Assembly: GCF_030144855.1 (NCBI RefSeq)
Contig: NC_082735.1
Coordinates: 33,356,001-33,420,000, forward strand
Source: Hypanus sabinus
Taxonomy: Eukaryota
Length of the DNA: 64,000 nt
Direction of reading: 5' to 3'
Shown here: in pieces, positions 38,186-51,109 of the stretch
Layout: each line of letters starts with the position of its first letter
Numbering within the stretch: the first letter of the stretch is position 1
Program-made: the position numbers and the translations under genes
Notes under the pieces: generated by a model
What the model saw: only the letters and a program-made list of their open reading frames with translations
Databases searched by the model: none
Told to the model about the DNA's origin: nothing

Positions 38186-40045
38186 ATTCAAGATTCAAAA
38201 ACTTTATTGTCATTCTAACCATACATCAGCTCTGCAGGGCTGAATGAGACAGCGTTTCCCAGGAGCAGTGCAATCATAACGTAACAAACGCAACACTAAA
38301 TAATAAACATAACAATAAATAGTAAAACACAACAGCCACATGTCAGTTAAAAACAAGTTATAAGTGTCCAGTGCAAGTTAAAAGTGTCCAAAGCAGAGTC
38401 AGGTAGAGCAGCTATTTAGCAGTCTGACTGCCTGTGGGAGGAAGCTGTTTAGTAGCCTTGTGGTTTTAGTTTTGATGCTCCTGTAACGTTTACCTGATGG
38501 CAGAAGAACAAACAGTTCATGGATAGGGTGTGAGGGGTCTTTAATGATGTACCGTGTCTTCTGGAGGCATCAACTCTGAAAGAGGTCTTGGATAGAAGGT
38601 AGGGAGACCCCAATAACCTTCTCTGCTCACTCACCACCCACTGCAAGGCTTTTTTGTCGGCAGCACTGCAGCTGGAGTACCAGGTTGTGATGCAAAAGGT
38701 CAGCACACTCTCAACCACGCCTCTGTAGAATGTAGTTAAGACGTTAGTGGGGAGTGATGCTTGTTTAAGCTTCCTCAGAAAGTGCAAACTCTGCTGGGCT
38801 CGTTTCACAATCCCAGTGGTGTTCCTGGACCAGGTCAGATTGTCCAAGATCTGCATCCCAAGGAACTTGATGTTTTCCACTCTCTCCACTGTGGAGCCGC
38901 TGATGCTGAGGGGTGTGTGCTCAGGCTGACACTGTCTGAAATCAACGATCATCTCCTTGGTTTTGGTGACATTAAGCATCAAGTTTTTGTCACTGCACCA
39001 GCTCTCTAGGTGTTTGACCTCCTCCTTGTACATTGCTTCATCATTTTTGCTGATGAGCCCCACCACTGTGGTATCATCAGCAAATTTAATGATCAGGCTC
39101 TCCTTGAATCTGGCTGCACAGTCATGTGTTAGCAGTGTAAAGCACACAGCCTTGTGGGGATCCAGTGCTCAGTGTGATGGAGTCAGAGATGTTCCTGCCA
39201 ACACGGACTGACTGTGGTCTCTCTGTCAAGAAATCCAGAATCCAGTGACACATGGCAGTGTTAACGCCAAGCAGTGACAGTTTCTCCACTAGTCTCTGTG
39301 GGATGATGGTATTGAACGCTGAACTGAAATCAATGTACAGGATTCTGGCATAAGTGTCTTTGTTGTCCAAGTGAGAGAGAACTGTGTGCAGTGTGGTGGA
39401 TATTGCGTCCTCCGTAGAGCAATTTGTACGATAAGCAAACTGTAGAGGATCCAGCCATGAGGGAAGGCTGGCTGTGATATGAGGCTTGACAAGCCGTTCA
39501 AAACATTTCATCACTACGGGGGTCAGGGCAACGGGACGGTAATCATTCAGACAGGCTACAACTGATGTCTTTGCTACAGGGACGATTGGGGCAGTTTTGA
39601 AGCATCTGGGGACAATGACTTGACTAAGGGAGATGTTAAAAATGTCTGTCAGGACATCTGCTAATACATCAGCACATTCCTTGAGCACACGTCCAGGGAT
39701 GTTGTCGGAACCTCCCGCTTTTTGTGGATTAACCCAGGCAAGGGTCTTCTGAGTTTGCTCTGAATCAATGATTGGAGCCGGCTGGTCAGATGGTAAGAAG
39801 GGACTGGCTCTCCCCCTTGCTGTAGTGTTTGATGCTTCGAAGCGTGCAAAGAATTTGTTAAGCCTGTTAGGAAGAGAGGCGTCACTGTCATCAGTTTTCT
39901 GCCTGATCTTGTAGTCTGTCAGAGCTTTAATTCCCTGCCACATCCGTCTGGTGTCACCTGTGTCACAGAAGTGTCCATGTATTTTGCCCGCGTAGGCCCT
40001 TTTTGTTTTCCTGATCCCTAGTGAAAGCGTAGACCTGGCTGCGCG
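38186..40045 (-). mobile_element. Rex1/Babar non-LTR retrotransposon, 5'-truncated, RT nearly intact
   Basis: ORFs 39122..39943 and 38449..39147: [60 protein letters not shown]; tail aataaagtttttgaatcttgaat. Confidence 0.92.
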
Positions 40046-40154
40046 AAGTTACAGAAGTTACAGTTCTGCAGTGAGTTACACATATGTGGATTTGTTTGAT
40101 TTTTTTCCAGGATTTGTAAGGCATGAGTCAAGAGCTTTGTGGCTATGGCCTGCA

Positions 40155-40740
40155 ATCGTCATTGTGGCTATCCCTCGAGGTCGAGGATGATGGTCTTGGT
40201 TCTGTTGATCTATTTATGGGCTCTCAAGTGGCTTATGAGTCCAATCTTAGCTTTGAAAGTTCTTCTGTATTCAGGACAGGTAGTTCCAGATGGCAGATCG
40301 GGCTTTGGTTGTTGCTGCCTCTCTTTCCATTTTCTTTTCTTCTAATTCTGCACATCTGTTGGCTTTGAAGTAGCTGCTCCTTCTCGGATGATGGCTTGCC
40401 AGAGTTTCCTGTCCTTGGCATTGGTTTCCCAATTGTTGTTGTCGATGTTACATTTCTTCATGTTGGCTTTTAAGACGTCTTTGGATCTCTTCTGTTGCCT
40501 TTTACGTTTGCCTTCTTTAAGCTGGGAGTAGAAGATTGTTTTGGCAGATGTTCGTCTTTCATCCGAACAACATGACCGCTCCACCTTAGTTGGTTCTTGA
40601 TGACGTAGGCTTCAATGCTTGTTGTTTTTGCTTCATTTAGCACACTGACGTTGTTCTTCTATCTTCCCAGCTGATATTTAAGATGTTTTGAAGACAGTGT
40701 TGATGAAACTTTTCAAGTGCCTTCAGATGTCGTCGGTATC
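40155..40740 (-). mobile_element. RTE (BovB-like) LINE 3' fragment
   Basis: YRRHLKALEKFHQHCL..ILNISWED..NQLRWSGHVVRM..KTIFYSQLKEGKR..KDVLKANMKKC..WETNAKDRKLW. Confidence 0.8.
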
Positions 40741-40993
40741 AGGCTCCTGGACCTGCTGAAGCACTGAACTCTCTTTGTGGCTATGAACTCACTTCCAGGG
40801 ACCCTGCAATTCATGCTGTGTGTATTATTTGTTTACTTACTTTTATCTTATTTCTTCTTCTTTTGTCCATACTTTAGGTGTTTGATGGTCTTTGTTGTGT
40901 GGGTTTTCTTATTGGGTTCTTAGTGTGTTTTTTTTTGTTTTGTGACTGCCTGCAAGAAGGTGAATCTCAAGGTTGCATATGGTAACATACTCT

Positions 40994-41268
40994 CAGAGCG
41001 GCATGGCAGTGTACGGTTTAGCACAATGTTGTACTGTATCAGTGACCCAGGTTCAAATCACGCTGCTGACCATAAGGGAGTTTGTATGTTCTCCCCACAA
41101 CTGAGTGGGTTTCTCCCACAGTCCAAAGAAGTACTGGTTGGCAGGGTAATCGGTCATTGCAGATTGTCCCGTGATTAGGCTAGGGTTAAATTGGGAGTTG
41201 CTAGACCCCTCAGCTTGAGGGGCTGGAAGGGCCTATTCTGCACTGTATCTCAGTAAGTAAATAAATAA
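40994..41268 (+). mobile_element. tRNA-derived SINE
   Basis: A-box-like ggcagtgtacggtttagc, B-box ggttcaaatc, (taaa)n tail, TSD ATACTCT (40987-40993/41269-41275). Confidence 0.7.
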
Positions 41269-41829
41269 ATACTCTGAACTTTGAAGAGTGTGACAGAAAC
41301 TATTCACTTGGTTGAACGAATGTGGCTCCAACAACATTCGAGAGCAACCACAATTATGCAGTCTTGAATTTCACTCATTCTCAACTCCAAATATTTACTC
41401 ATACCACGCCAGAGCAACGTGACTATGGTGTCTATCAGGTACAAACTGCACTCTGGTTACTCACAAGGGCTATTTTGAAAGTAGATCCCAAACACTAAAA
41501 GGAATACACGGATCAGGAGACTGCTGGTGCTGGGATTGACAGCAAAAACAAAGTACTGGAGGAAGTCAATGGGTTGAACTGTATCTGAGGAGGCAAAATG
41601 ATAGTTGTCATTTTCGTCTAGACTCTGTATCAGGAGTCAGGGGCACAACCAGAAATGTCAACTATCCCTCTACCACCACAGATGCTGCTCAACCCACTGA
41701 GTTATTCCAGCAGTGTTTTTTTTGTCACAACCTGCAGGTTCCTCTCTAAGTCACAGCCCATCCTGACTTGGAAGTGTATCACCTTTCCTTAAATATATTA
41801 TTTTCCCCACACCTTCTACTCTGACTCCT

Positions 41830-41947
41830 CATCTTTCTTCTTTCTCCAATCCCGATGAAGGGTCTTGGCCTGAAACATTGACAATACTCTTTTCCATAAG
41901 ACGCTGCCAGGCCTGCTGAGCTCCTCCAGCATTTTGTGTGTGTTGCT
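41830..41947 (+). mobile_element. PLE terminal repeat with decayed hammerhead
   Basis: cccgatgaagggtcttggcctgaaacattgac...cctccagcattttgtgtgtgttgc. Confidence 0.65.
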
Positions 41948-42801
41948 CAACCACAAACCACAAACTGTTCCAGCTGCTACCATCTGGGAAATGGTACCGC
42001 AGCATAAAAGCCAGGACCAACAGGTTCTGGGACAGCTTCTCCCACCTGGCCATCAGACTGATTAATTCATGCTGGCACTACTGTATTTCTATGTTATATT
42101 GACTATCCGTTGTACATTATTTATTATAAATTATAATAAATTGCACTTGCACATTTAGACAGAGACATATTGTAAAGATTTTGACTCCTCATGTATATGA
42201 AAGATGTAAGTAATAAAGTAAATTCAATACAATTCATTCTTTAGGGTTTCTTGTTAAGTGGATATCTGTGAAGAGCACGAAGTTCAGGCTGTACACTGTA
42301 TACACTTTAAACTGTTTAAACACCCGATGACCCCAGGTTACATCTCTGATGATGTGTCTCAGCACATCGTTCTATAAATGTATTCAAAACTGTTTTAGGG
42401 GAAATAATAGTGAGGACTAGTAACTAGTAAACAGTGATGTGGTTTGTGCCAATGTAGTAACAGGGAACCACAGACAAAGCCCAGATGTAGAGATGTGAAA
42501 TACAGTAGTGATGATGTCCAAGTTTAAGGAGTTTCATTAATTATGTTGGAACATGCACCTGTTTTTTTTAAAAATAGAATATTGGATTTACTGTTAGACC
42601 TGAGGACAATCATATTACTTTCTAATTAGGACCTAGTCTGTTACTTAATTAAGTCTCCCAAGACACTTCCTGTAGCCACCATTCCGCTATCAAAATGTAG
42701 TTTTACTGGTAATCTCATCGACTGGGAATGTAAAAGCTATACCAAATTTATGCTCAGGCTGGTCAGCTTTGGCTGTTCTCCTGCTGCACACTAGTTTTTT
42801 A

Positions 42802-43150
42802 TAAACACACGCAAATCTGCAGAAGCTGGAAATCCAAAGCAACACACACAAAAAATGCTGGAGGAACTCAGCAGGCCACCAAGGGTAAAGAGTCGACGTT
42901 TTGGGCCGTCCCTTCATCGAAACTGGAAAGGAAGGGAAGTCAGAGTAAGAAGGTGAGCGGTGGGGGCGGGAAAGGAAGTGGAGGAAGATGTACAATCTGG
43001 TAGGTGAGAGGGGTGAAGAAAAGAGCTGAGAAGTCAAGTGGTGAAAGAGATAAAGGGCTGGAGAAGGGGGAATCTGATTGGAGATGATCGAAGAACATGG
43101 AAGAAAGGGAACAGGGAGGAGCCCCAAACAGGGCAGGTAATGAGAGAGAG
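42802..43150 (-). mobile_element. PLE terminal repeat with tail
   Basis: aatctgcagaagctggaaatccaaagcaacacac...gtcgacgttttgggccgtcccttcatc followed by a purine-rich tract. Confidence 0.7.
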
Positions 43151-43344
43151 TTTTTAATAAATTGCCATTATTTTGAACACCAACTCTGTGTGATCTTTCA
43201 GTTTGTTCCTACAACATATCTTTGTGTATGGCTTGAGTTGGACCTGAAGTGATGGTCCTATTATGTTAACTCAAGGCAACATCTGTAACAAAGTTAAACT
43301 TTCAGTTTTACATTTTTTGGCAGAACTTGGAACAAGAGAAAACA

Positions 43345-43863
43345 TAAAATGAGAAATTCTGCAGGTGCTGGAAATCCAAAGCTCAGGAACTCAGCAGTTC
43401 AGGCAGCATCTGTGGAAATGAATAAACAGTCGGCGTTGCAGAACGAGATTCTTCTTTAAGACAAAAAAGGAAGAGGGATGATGCCAGAATAAAAAAACTG
43501 GGGAGACGGGAATGAGGACTAGCTGGAAGGTGATAGGTGAGGCCAGGTGGGTGGGAAAGGTAAAAGGCTGGAGAGGAAGGAATCTGATAGGAGAGGAGAG
43601 TGGACCATTCGACTTCCAGCTCTTTATTTCACCCCCTCCTCTTCTCCTGGTTTCACCTATCATCTACAACCTTGCAGTTCTTCCTCTCCTCTCCCCACCT
43701 TCTTACTGACTGCAAATCTCTTTTCTCCAGTCCTGATGAAGGGTCTCAGCAGAAAACGTTGACTGTTTAATCTTTTCCATAGGTGCTGCCTGGCCTGCTC
43801 AGTTCCTCCAGCACTTTGTGTGTATTGCCTTGATTTCCAACATCTGCAGATTTTCTCCTGTTC
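43345..43863. mobile_element. Inverted pair of PLE terminal repeats
   Basis: Left arm antisense, right arm sense, with CAGTC-CTGATGA...AAACGTT-GACTG at 43728-43765. Confidence 0.75.
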
Positions 43864-44339
43864 ACAATTTTAGTATTCCCATTTATCATAAAAACTATTC
43901 ATACTCCGAAATATTATGTTTTGATCTTTTTTCTTGTGCGGGGAGGTGGGATTTGGGGCTTGATGTTTGTGCTTTCTTTTCTTTCTTGGTTTAATGGTTA
44001 CCCGGAGAACTGAAGAATTTCAGAGTTGTATACTTCGTTAACAGGTAAATCCTTTGAAGCCTTTGAAAACTCCTGTGATTCAGTCACTGTTGTTGTTGCA
44101 CCCTCCAGCCAGTGGTGGCGCTGTATTTCCTCCAACGGACGAGAGGGCGCAAATGCAGCTCAGCAAGTTCACATTAATAATTTCCCACTATAACTTTCAA
44201 CATCGAAATTCGTGATCGAGAGGCTGACAGCGAGGGGGATTTTTAAAACAAGATCTCATAACGGAAAATACTTACACATGTAGAATTTTTAGAATGAGAT
44301 GCACAATCGAAAAGCCCTGGAGGATGCGTATGCATTGTA

Positions 44340-44913
44340 ATCGGTGTCAAAGCGTTAACAGCCGGATCAATTTTAATCAGCGACTCAGACTCGGGAGCCG
44401 TCGGCGTTCGGGCTCTGAGGTATTTTAAATGAGGCGGTGACATCAATGAGCGCGCGGCTGCGGGCCAGACGCGCGACCGGGCCTCGCGTGGGCGCGCGGG
44501 GGGTGGGGGGGAGGAGGAGGAGGAGGAGGGGCAGAGACTGTGAGCGAGGAGGAGGAGGAGGAGGAGTGGGGGAGGTGAGAGGTCAGAGGTGAGAGCTCCT
44601 CACGATCTGTCATGGCGAATGATGGAGCAGGCGGTCGGGCTTTCGTGTGACTCGGAGCTCTGGCCGTAAGGAACGGATCGCCGGGCTCCAGGCAGCAGGA
44701 CACCGGTGAGTTCCAACCCAAACTGCAGGATCCGGGCTGGGGGGGTGGAGGAGGAGGAGGCTTCTTGACCGATAGCTCTTCCGACATGGGAGTTCTTTTT
44801 AATGACGGGAGCCACGTTATTTGCAGTGTTTTGGTCGCTAGTTTTCAGGATAACAATTCTCTGTATGGAAACCAAAGGGATTCCCCTGCGCGGAGTTTAC
44901 AAGCACTTTAAAC
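44340..44913 (+). promoter_or_regulatory. CpG-island promoter and first exon of an unidentified plus-strand gene
   Basis: CpG-rich; (GGA)n tracts; consensus donors CCG|gtgagt (44706) and AAC|gtaagt (44914); several short ORFs. Confidence 0.7.
44802..44913 (+). CDS. Candidate first coding segment (signal-peptide-like) or uORF of the unidentified gene
   Basis: MTGATLFAVFWSLVFRITILCMETKGIPLRGVYKHFK reads open into a phase-1 gtaagt donor; hydrophobic N-terminus but weak Kozak context. Confidence 0.3.
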
Positions 44914-46364
44914 GTAAGTAGATCTTTTGTGTAATGTTGGGATATTTTTCCTCACTGTACACTATTGTGTACTGAACTGTAATAAAACAATCTTTGTACA
45001 GTAAGAACCTAGATCCTCTGCTCGCTTGACGATTTATAGTGTCCCTGTCTTGTTTACAGTTTTCATCCTTTCAACATCTGGCTCTTTCAATCGCTTTTTA
45101 AAATTATTTTGCTTAACTATTTTTATTCCTGAAATCATATTCGCCATCAACAGAATACAGGGCAGAGTAAAAGTTAAATATCTCGATGTCTTGTGCGGAG
45201 TTGCGATTTTTCTGAATATTCCGCACAACCATGCTAAAGCATACCCGAAAGGTTACATGGTCTGTTGCATATTTTTAATTAACATTTGGCTCCGTTTCAA
45301 GAGATTACACGTTTGAAGCAAAATGGGTGATGGGACACGAAATGAATGAAGCTAGATTAAAATACAAAGTGTTGAAATCCATTGTGGTCGATAGGGTATC
45401 CTTCCCCCTTCCCTCATAAATGGTGAAAGCTGTAACAGAGTTTCAGATCTTTGAGATGCAATTCTTTAGATCTGCAGTGTGCGATATTTGAGTAGGTTGG
45501 TTCTATCACTCGTATAAAATCACTGTGTTGTTTCAGACCATTTTAAAAGCAATCATGAATACTCATTAAAGTTAGCTCTTGAGTACACAAAAGCATCTTT
45601 AATTTAAACACTTCGATTTCTTTCATATTACTGAAGTTTAATAACTGCTTTCACCATTATTTCTACAATGTTACTAATCCATTTAAAGCCAGTTGCCATC
45701 TCAATTACAATAATTAAGTAATTATACAAATTCTGATTTGGAGACTGTCATCTAAGGACTTCAGTTAACTTTATATTACATAAAATAAGTTGCTTTTAGT
45801 TTTTCTCCTTGAGTTTTGTTAGAATGTTCAAACCTTTCATTCATAAGTAGGTTGAGATTGGGTCTTATTGTTTTGCAATAAAACAGTACATTGAATTGGA
45901 CTAGATATCAACTAAATCTAATCGTTTATACTCAAAATGAAATTAGAATATTTAAACAATAAAACACAATAAAGTCTCCTTCAGTATATTTGAAGGAAAA
46001 TAAATATTTTAGTAGTTCTCAAATAACTAGAGATGGGAGAGAATTGTAGCTTTATGTTAAGTTAAACGATTACAGTATGGATTCTGTTTGGAAAGAGCAA
46101 AAGGGAAGTTAATATTAAGGTGTCAAAACTTTGTGTTTAATGTTGATAACCTGCAGGAATGTGCAGAAAAGAGAACAAATGTGAGTGCTTTTATAATCAG
46201 GCTACCAAAGATAATTAACTAATTTGAAATTAATAATAACTCCTTTTTGCCTACTGTACGGGGTCATTGATGTGGAGTGGTCTGGATCGGGTGACAGGGT
46301 TTGGACGTATTGCACCATGGAGTCACAGATGTCAAAAGTTAATGCATAAAAATATACATAAATT

Positions 46365-46505
46365 AGACACGAGATTCTGCAGATGCTGGAAATCCAGAGT
46401 GAGAAATGCAAAATGCTGGAGGAGCGCAGCAGGGCAGACAGCATCTACGCAAAGATGACATTTTGGGCTGAGGCACTTCATCAGGACTCATGAAAGGTCT
46501 CGAAC
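46365..46505 (-). mobile_element. PLE solo terminal repeat with tail
   Basis: acacgagattctgcagatgctggaaatcc...cttcatcaggact. Confidence 0.7.
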
Positions 46506-47882
46506 ATAATCCTTAAATTGTATTTGACCAATGTGAATTTTAACTTATGATTTTCAATATACTTACTGTAATTTAAGCAGAATTCTGGACAAACAAACTG
46601 TGCTGGAGTTGGTTGCTCAGATGTTGTACCCTGTACAATGAATAGCACAGTTTAAAACACATATGTAAGGGCATTGATTAGTATTTTGTTGGAAGATAGC
46701 CAAAATTCAAAATAAGTTTATTATCAGAGTACATGTATGTCACTATATACAACCTTGAAATTCATATTCTTATGAGCATACTCAATAAATCCAATAACCA
46801 TAAAAGAATCAATACTTCCATTTAATATCAGAGAATGTATACAATATACAACCTGAAATTCTTGTTCAGGCATGCACAAAAACAGAAGAGTGCCCCAGAG
46901 AATGAGTGATAGTAAAAACGTTAAAGTTCAAAGCTCCCTACTGCCCCCTCCCATGCAGAAGCAGCAGCAAAGCAACGACCCCCCCCCACCTACTTATTTC
47001 AGCTAAAAAAGCATCAGCACCTACCAATCAAGCAATAGCAAAGCTCTCGAGAAAAAAACCATGATCATTCATACCATGAATGAAAAAACTAATCATTCAC
47101 CCAACAATTCAACATACTACAGGCTCTCCTGAATAAAGGGACAGACAGGTGTCACACAGTAAGAGGGAAGACCAACAAGACAAAAAAAAAGTTATTGGAT
47201 TTATTGAGTAGCCACAAGAAAATGAATTAGTCAAGTCTAATGAGTATATATAATTGTCAAATTGCTAACATTTGGCTCATAAGATTACTGGAAAAAGTTC
47301 TGGAATTAATTTCTTAAATACCTCCTCTACAACTGTCTCCTCAAAATATTCCTCTTTCAGATGACTTTTGGTCATCTATCTTAGTATTTCTTTAAGCCTT
47401 AGGATTTTTGTTTGATTAATATTACAGAACTGTTAATGGGATGTTTTACTCTGTTAGAAATGCCATTATGTAGAAGTTGCTATGTTTTATCAGCAAAATA
47501 TCAGGTGTTTTTGATGAGTCAGAGGCAAACGAAGAAGTCGTAGTTTTGGGCTGGAACTTTTGCACACAGGGAGTTCCTGGTTTGTTCCTTTCTGTCAGAA
47601 ATAGCATTGAATAATGATATGGAAATTGCTTTAAATAGTTTTGCTGTGAAAATCAGAAAATATCTGCCAGTTTTTCTGTGCAGTTGCATTTAGTGAGTGA
47701 AATATATCTCTTTTTTAGATAGTGTTCTGTTGGAAAAGTTGGGTTCTATTCCTGGTAATAAGTTAGCATTTGGGGATATGAAAGTGGATTCTTCAGGACA
47801 AAAAACCCTTTGGAAAGTTTTAAGAGACAATTTAATTCATTGGTATCTTTCTCCTGATTAAAGTAATTTGCAAACAAGTATA

Positions 47883-50583
47883 CTGTGGATTCTGGTTAAT
47901 TGGGCTATCAGTTAATCGGGGCAGCTGCTTATTTGGGACAACACTTAAAGATCAAAATCTAATTGAGAAAATGGCTGGTACCAGTGGATATAGGTAGGTC
48001 ACTGTTTGCGGATGATGGGGCCTTGTGGAAAAGAGGCAGGAACATGGAGCATATAATCAGGAAACTACAAGGAGCAATTGATGAAGTGGTAGAGTGGGGT
48101 TATGATTGGGGATGTAGATTTTCAGTGAAAAAAACAAACTGTATTTTTCACTAGGAAAAGAATTGAAGTAGGGAAGAAGTTAAGGATGTATGGGATTGGA
48201 TCATTTAAATTTCTGGGAGTTATATTTGATTCACGATTAACATGGGCAGACCATATCAGGAAAGTTGAGGAGAAATGTAAAAAAGTAATAAATGTGATGA
48301 GATGTTTGACTGGTAGGGAATGGGGAGCAAGTTGTTCAGCATTAAAGAGAATGTATGTGGCTTTAGTAAGATCTGTGTTGGATTATGGAAGTGTAGTATA
48401 TGGATCAGCAGCCAAGTCTCTTATAAGGAAACTGGATGTGATTCAGGCTCAGGTTTTGAGAGTGTGCAGTGGGGCTTTTAAAACATCACCAGTATCAGCC
48501 CTGCAGGTAGAAATGGGACTAATGCCTTTGGAATTAAGAAGGATGCAATTGATGGCAAACTACTGGGTTAATTTGCAGGGACACAATGATTCTCACCCTG
48601 CTAAAGGAGTGTTGCAGGAGTCCTGGAAAAATGGGAGGTTTCAGAGGGAAAACTTTAGTCGGGTAGGGAATGATATTGCTAGATCATGTGGAGTGTTTGA
48701 TCTAAGGATAAGTCCTTCAGTAGTTTATCCGATTGTAGCTCCATGGAAGCTGGTATGGCCTGACATAGACTGGCATTTGTAAAGGAAAGTATAAAACTGA
48801 TTTGGTAAGTGCATTTAACTGTCATGTGATGGAAAAGTATAGTGATTATACTCAGGTCTATACAGATGGTGCTAAGGAACCTGAGACAGGAGTGACAGGG
48901 TTTGGGGTGGCTATACCAGCAAAAGCAATTGCAGTCAGCAGAAGAACATCGGATGTTAGCGGTGTATACAGTGGAGATGATGGCAGTGTTGGTTGCATTG
49001 CGTTGGGTGGAGAAAACTAAACTAGTCAAAGCGTTGATATGCTCAGATTCATCTTCAGTACTAGCAAGTTTAAGGTCTTCTCACTCAAACAGCCAGTAAG
49101 ATGTACTTCATGAAGTCCTTCAGTCAGTCACAAGAGTTGCAAATCAGGGATGTCAGGTTAAATTTCTATGGGTTCCAGCTCATGTTGGGGTGAAGGGCAA
49201 TGAAAGGGTGGATGTGTTGGCAAAGAGGGCAATAAAGAAAGAAAATCTAGAAATGCACATTAGTATCAGTAAAGCAGAGGTTAAGTGTGTAATCTGGGGA
49301 AAAAATTAACCAAATGTGGCAAGAAAGATAGGACAGGGAGGGGAAAGGGAGGCACTTGTATCAAATACAAAAAAGTGTTGCAGGTACTAGGGTAGGAAGT
49401 AGATACAGAAGAGAGGAAATTGTGTGAACTAGGTTAAGGCTGGGGCACTGTGCACTAAACCAAACATTGAAATTGATAGGGAAATACCAGACAGGATTGT
49501 GTGCGGAATGTCAGGAAGAAGAGTCAGTAGAACATGTAGTTCTGAGTTGCAGGAAGTATGGGATACAGAGAGAGGTGATGAGAATTAATCTAAGGGAATT
49601 GGGGGTGCAGGAATTCACATTAAAAGGGTTGCTGGGCATGGGTGAGAGAACACAGGTCAGGGTATTTTTTGCTTTCTTAAGGGGTACAGGGGTTTTTTTA
49701 TAGGATATGATGGATAAACAGAAATAGGGTACTAGGATGGGGAGGATAAAGTGTAGGTTAGGGTATGTGTATGTGTGCAATTGGGTGCAGGGATTTAGAA
49801 TGTGAGTCCATCGCATACTCCGGAACAGAAGGAGGCGGTAATGCACCATTAAGTTGGGGGGGGGGGGGGGGTGGAAGAGGAGAGGGAGAGAGGGAGGGAG
49901 AGAGAGCCTTCATTTATGTAGAGCATTATGAAACTTAATTGGGGCAGGAGGCTGTTGCCGAACAGTTTCTAACTAGTATTAGTCGGGTGCAGTTGTATGG
50001 CTGTTAGACACAATTACTGTGCTTTGACCAAACAGTTTTAAAATTGCATCAGTTGTGTGTGTTTGTGTTCAAAATACAGTGACTTTTGTCACTGGTAATT
50101 GGCGAGAAATAAGCAGCAAGACATTTCAGAACTGCTTTACTCACTGCGGTTTCAAGCATTCAGGCTTGGAGATGCCAGAAATGGCTGGGGTGAAAATGAA
50201 GTAATTTCACTACTTCATTACATGTTAGAAACTATGAAGAATTTGAAGGATGTGGTTGTTGACAATATTGTATGAAGGCAGTCCATTAGCTTTAATAGAT
50301 GTCTATGCTGATTTTATTAATTTACAGTTAAAAGAAGACAATGTGGATGAATTCCTCTGTCCATAAGTATTAGGAACTAATACACAATGTTATAGTACTG
50401 CAGTATTATTACTAGTGTTCTAATTTGTTCTGTAATTTATTTACATACACAATTTCTTACTCAGTTTGACTTTTTTTCAATACCTCTTTAACTATTTTCC
50501 AGAAACTTCAGCTAATTGGGGCAACTTCCTAATTGGGTCAAAATGTTCTAGTCCTGAGGTGTCCCAATAAACTGGAACCCACT
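47883..50583 (+). mobile_element. Tigger-derived non-autonomous element split by a LINE insertion
   Basis: TIRs ta-ctgtggattctggttaattggg ... gtcccaataaactggaacccactg; the halves join to match 27545-28287. Confidence 0.8.
47975..49857 (+). mobile_element. I/Nimb-clade non-LTR retrotransposon, 5'-truncated (RT, RNase H, CCHC)
   Basis: SLFADDGALW, FKFLGVIFDSRLTWADHI, RSVLDYGSVVYG, RNase H VYTDGAK..E..ICSDS..WVPAHVGVKGNERVD, CAECQEEESVEHVVLSC; 3' end ggcggtaatgcacc. Confidence 0.9.
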
Positions 50584-51109
50584 GTTTATGTAAAAGAATG
50601 TATGTATGGATGCTCAGTACAGACTATACAGGTTAAGCATCAGAGCTACTTTATGAAGGAGAAACAAATGTGGTGTGAATAAAGTAGTTACAAGGAAATT
50701 GGCCTATTTTTGTGTTCAAAGACTCTTCTTGTAGTTTTGCAGTGTGTTTAAGTTTGGAAAGTTGCAGTCTCTGGTCTGGCAGTGTCAGCCTCGTTGTATC
50801 TGTTAGCACAATAATGCAGTTTAGTTTGGGATTTGTTACTGATTTGGTCTATGCAAGGAAGTGCAGACCTCTGCTAATGTCAAGCATTGATTTTCTGATT
50901 ATTTCATTTTGGTTTAGCACACTTTATGTGTGAAAATTGCTGCCTTTTTTTTCTCCCCCATTTTACATTCAAAGTAGTCACTATTGTCATTTATTTGTTG
51001 TGGAATACCTGTCTTGAAGTTTGGATAACAAATACAATTTTTTACAATTTCTGCTGTCTACATTTTTTAATATAAGAAATAAGAGCATTGAGCCTGCTCT
51101 GCTCTCTCT

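Noticed and set aside
40994-41075. tRNA gene (also 60470 and 60716)
   Set aside because: A/B-box-like heads continue into SINE bodies with tails; no intact cloverleaf.
44443-44787. Minus-strand Pro/Ser-rich 114-aa ORF
   Set aside because: Antisense read-through of GGA repeats in a CpG island; consensus donors point to the plus strand.
49856-49910. Long G/C homopolymers (also ~9470, 26905, 36120, 55820, 61170) as functional G4 elements
   Set aside because: They lie within repeats, and their lengths may reflect slippage or sequencing error.
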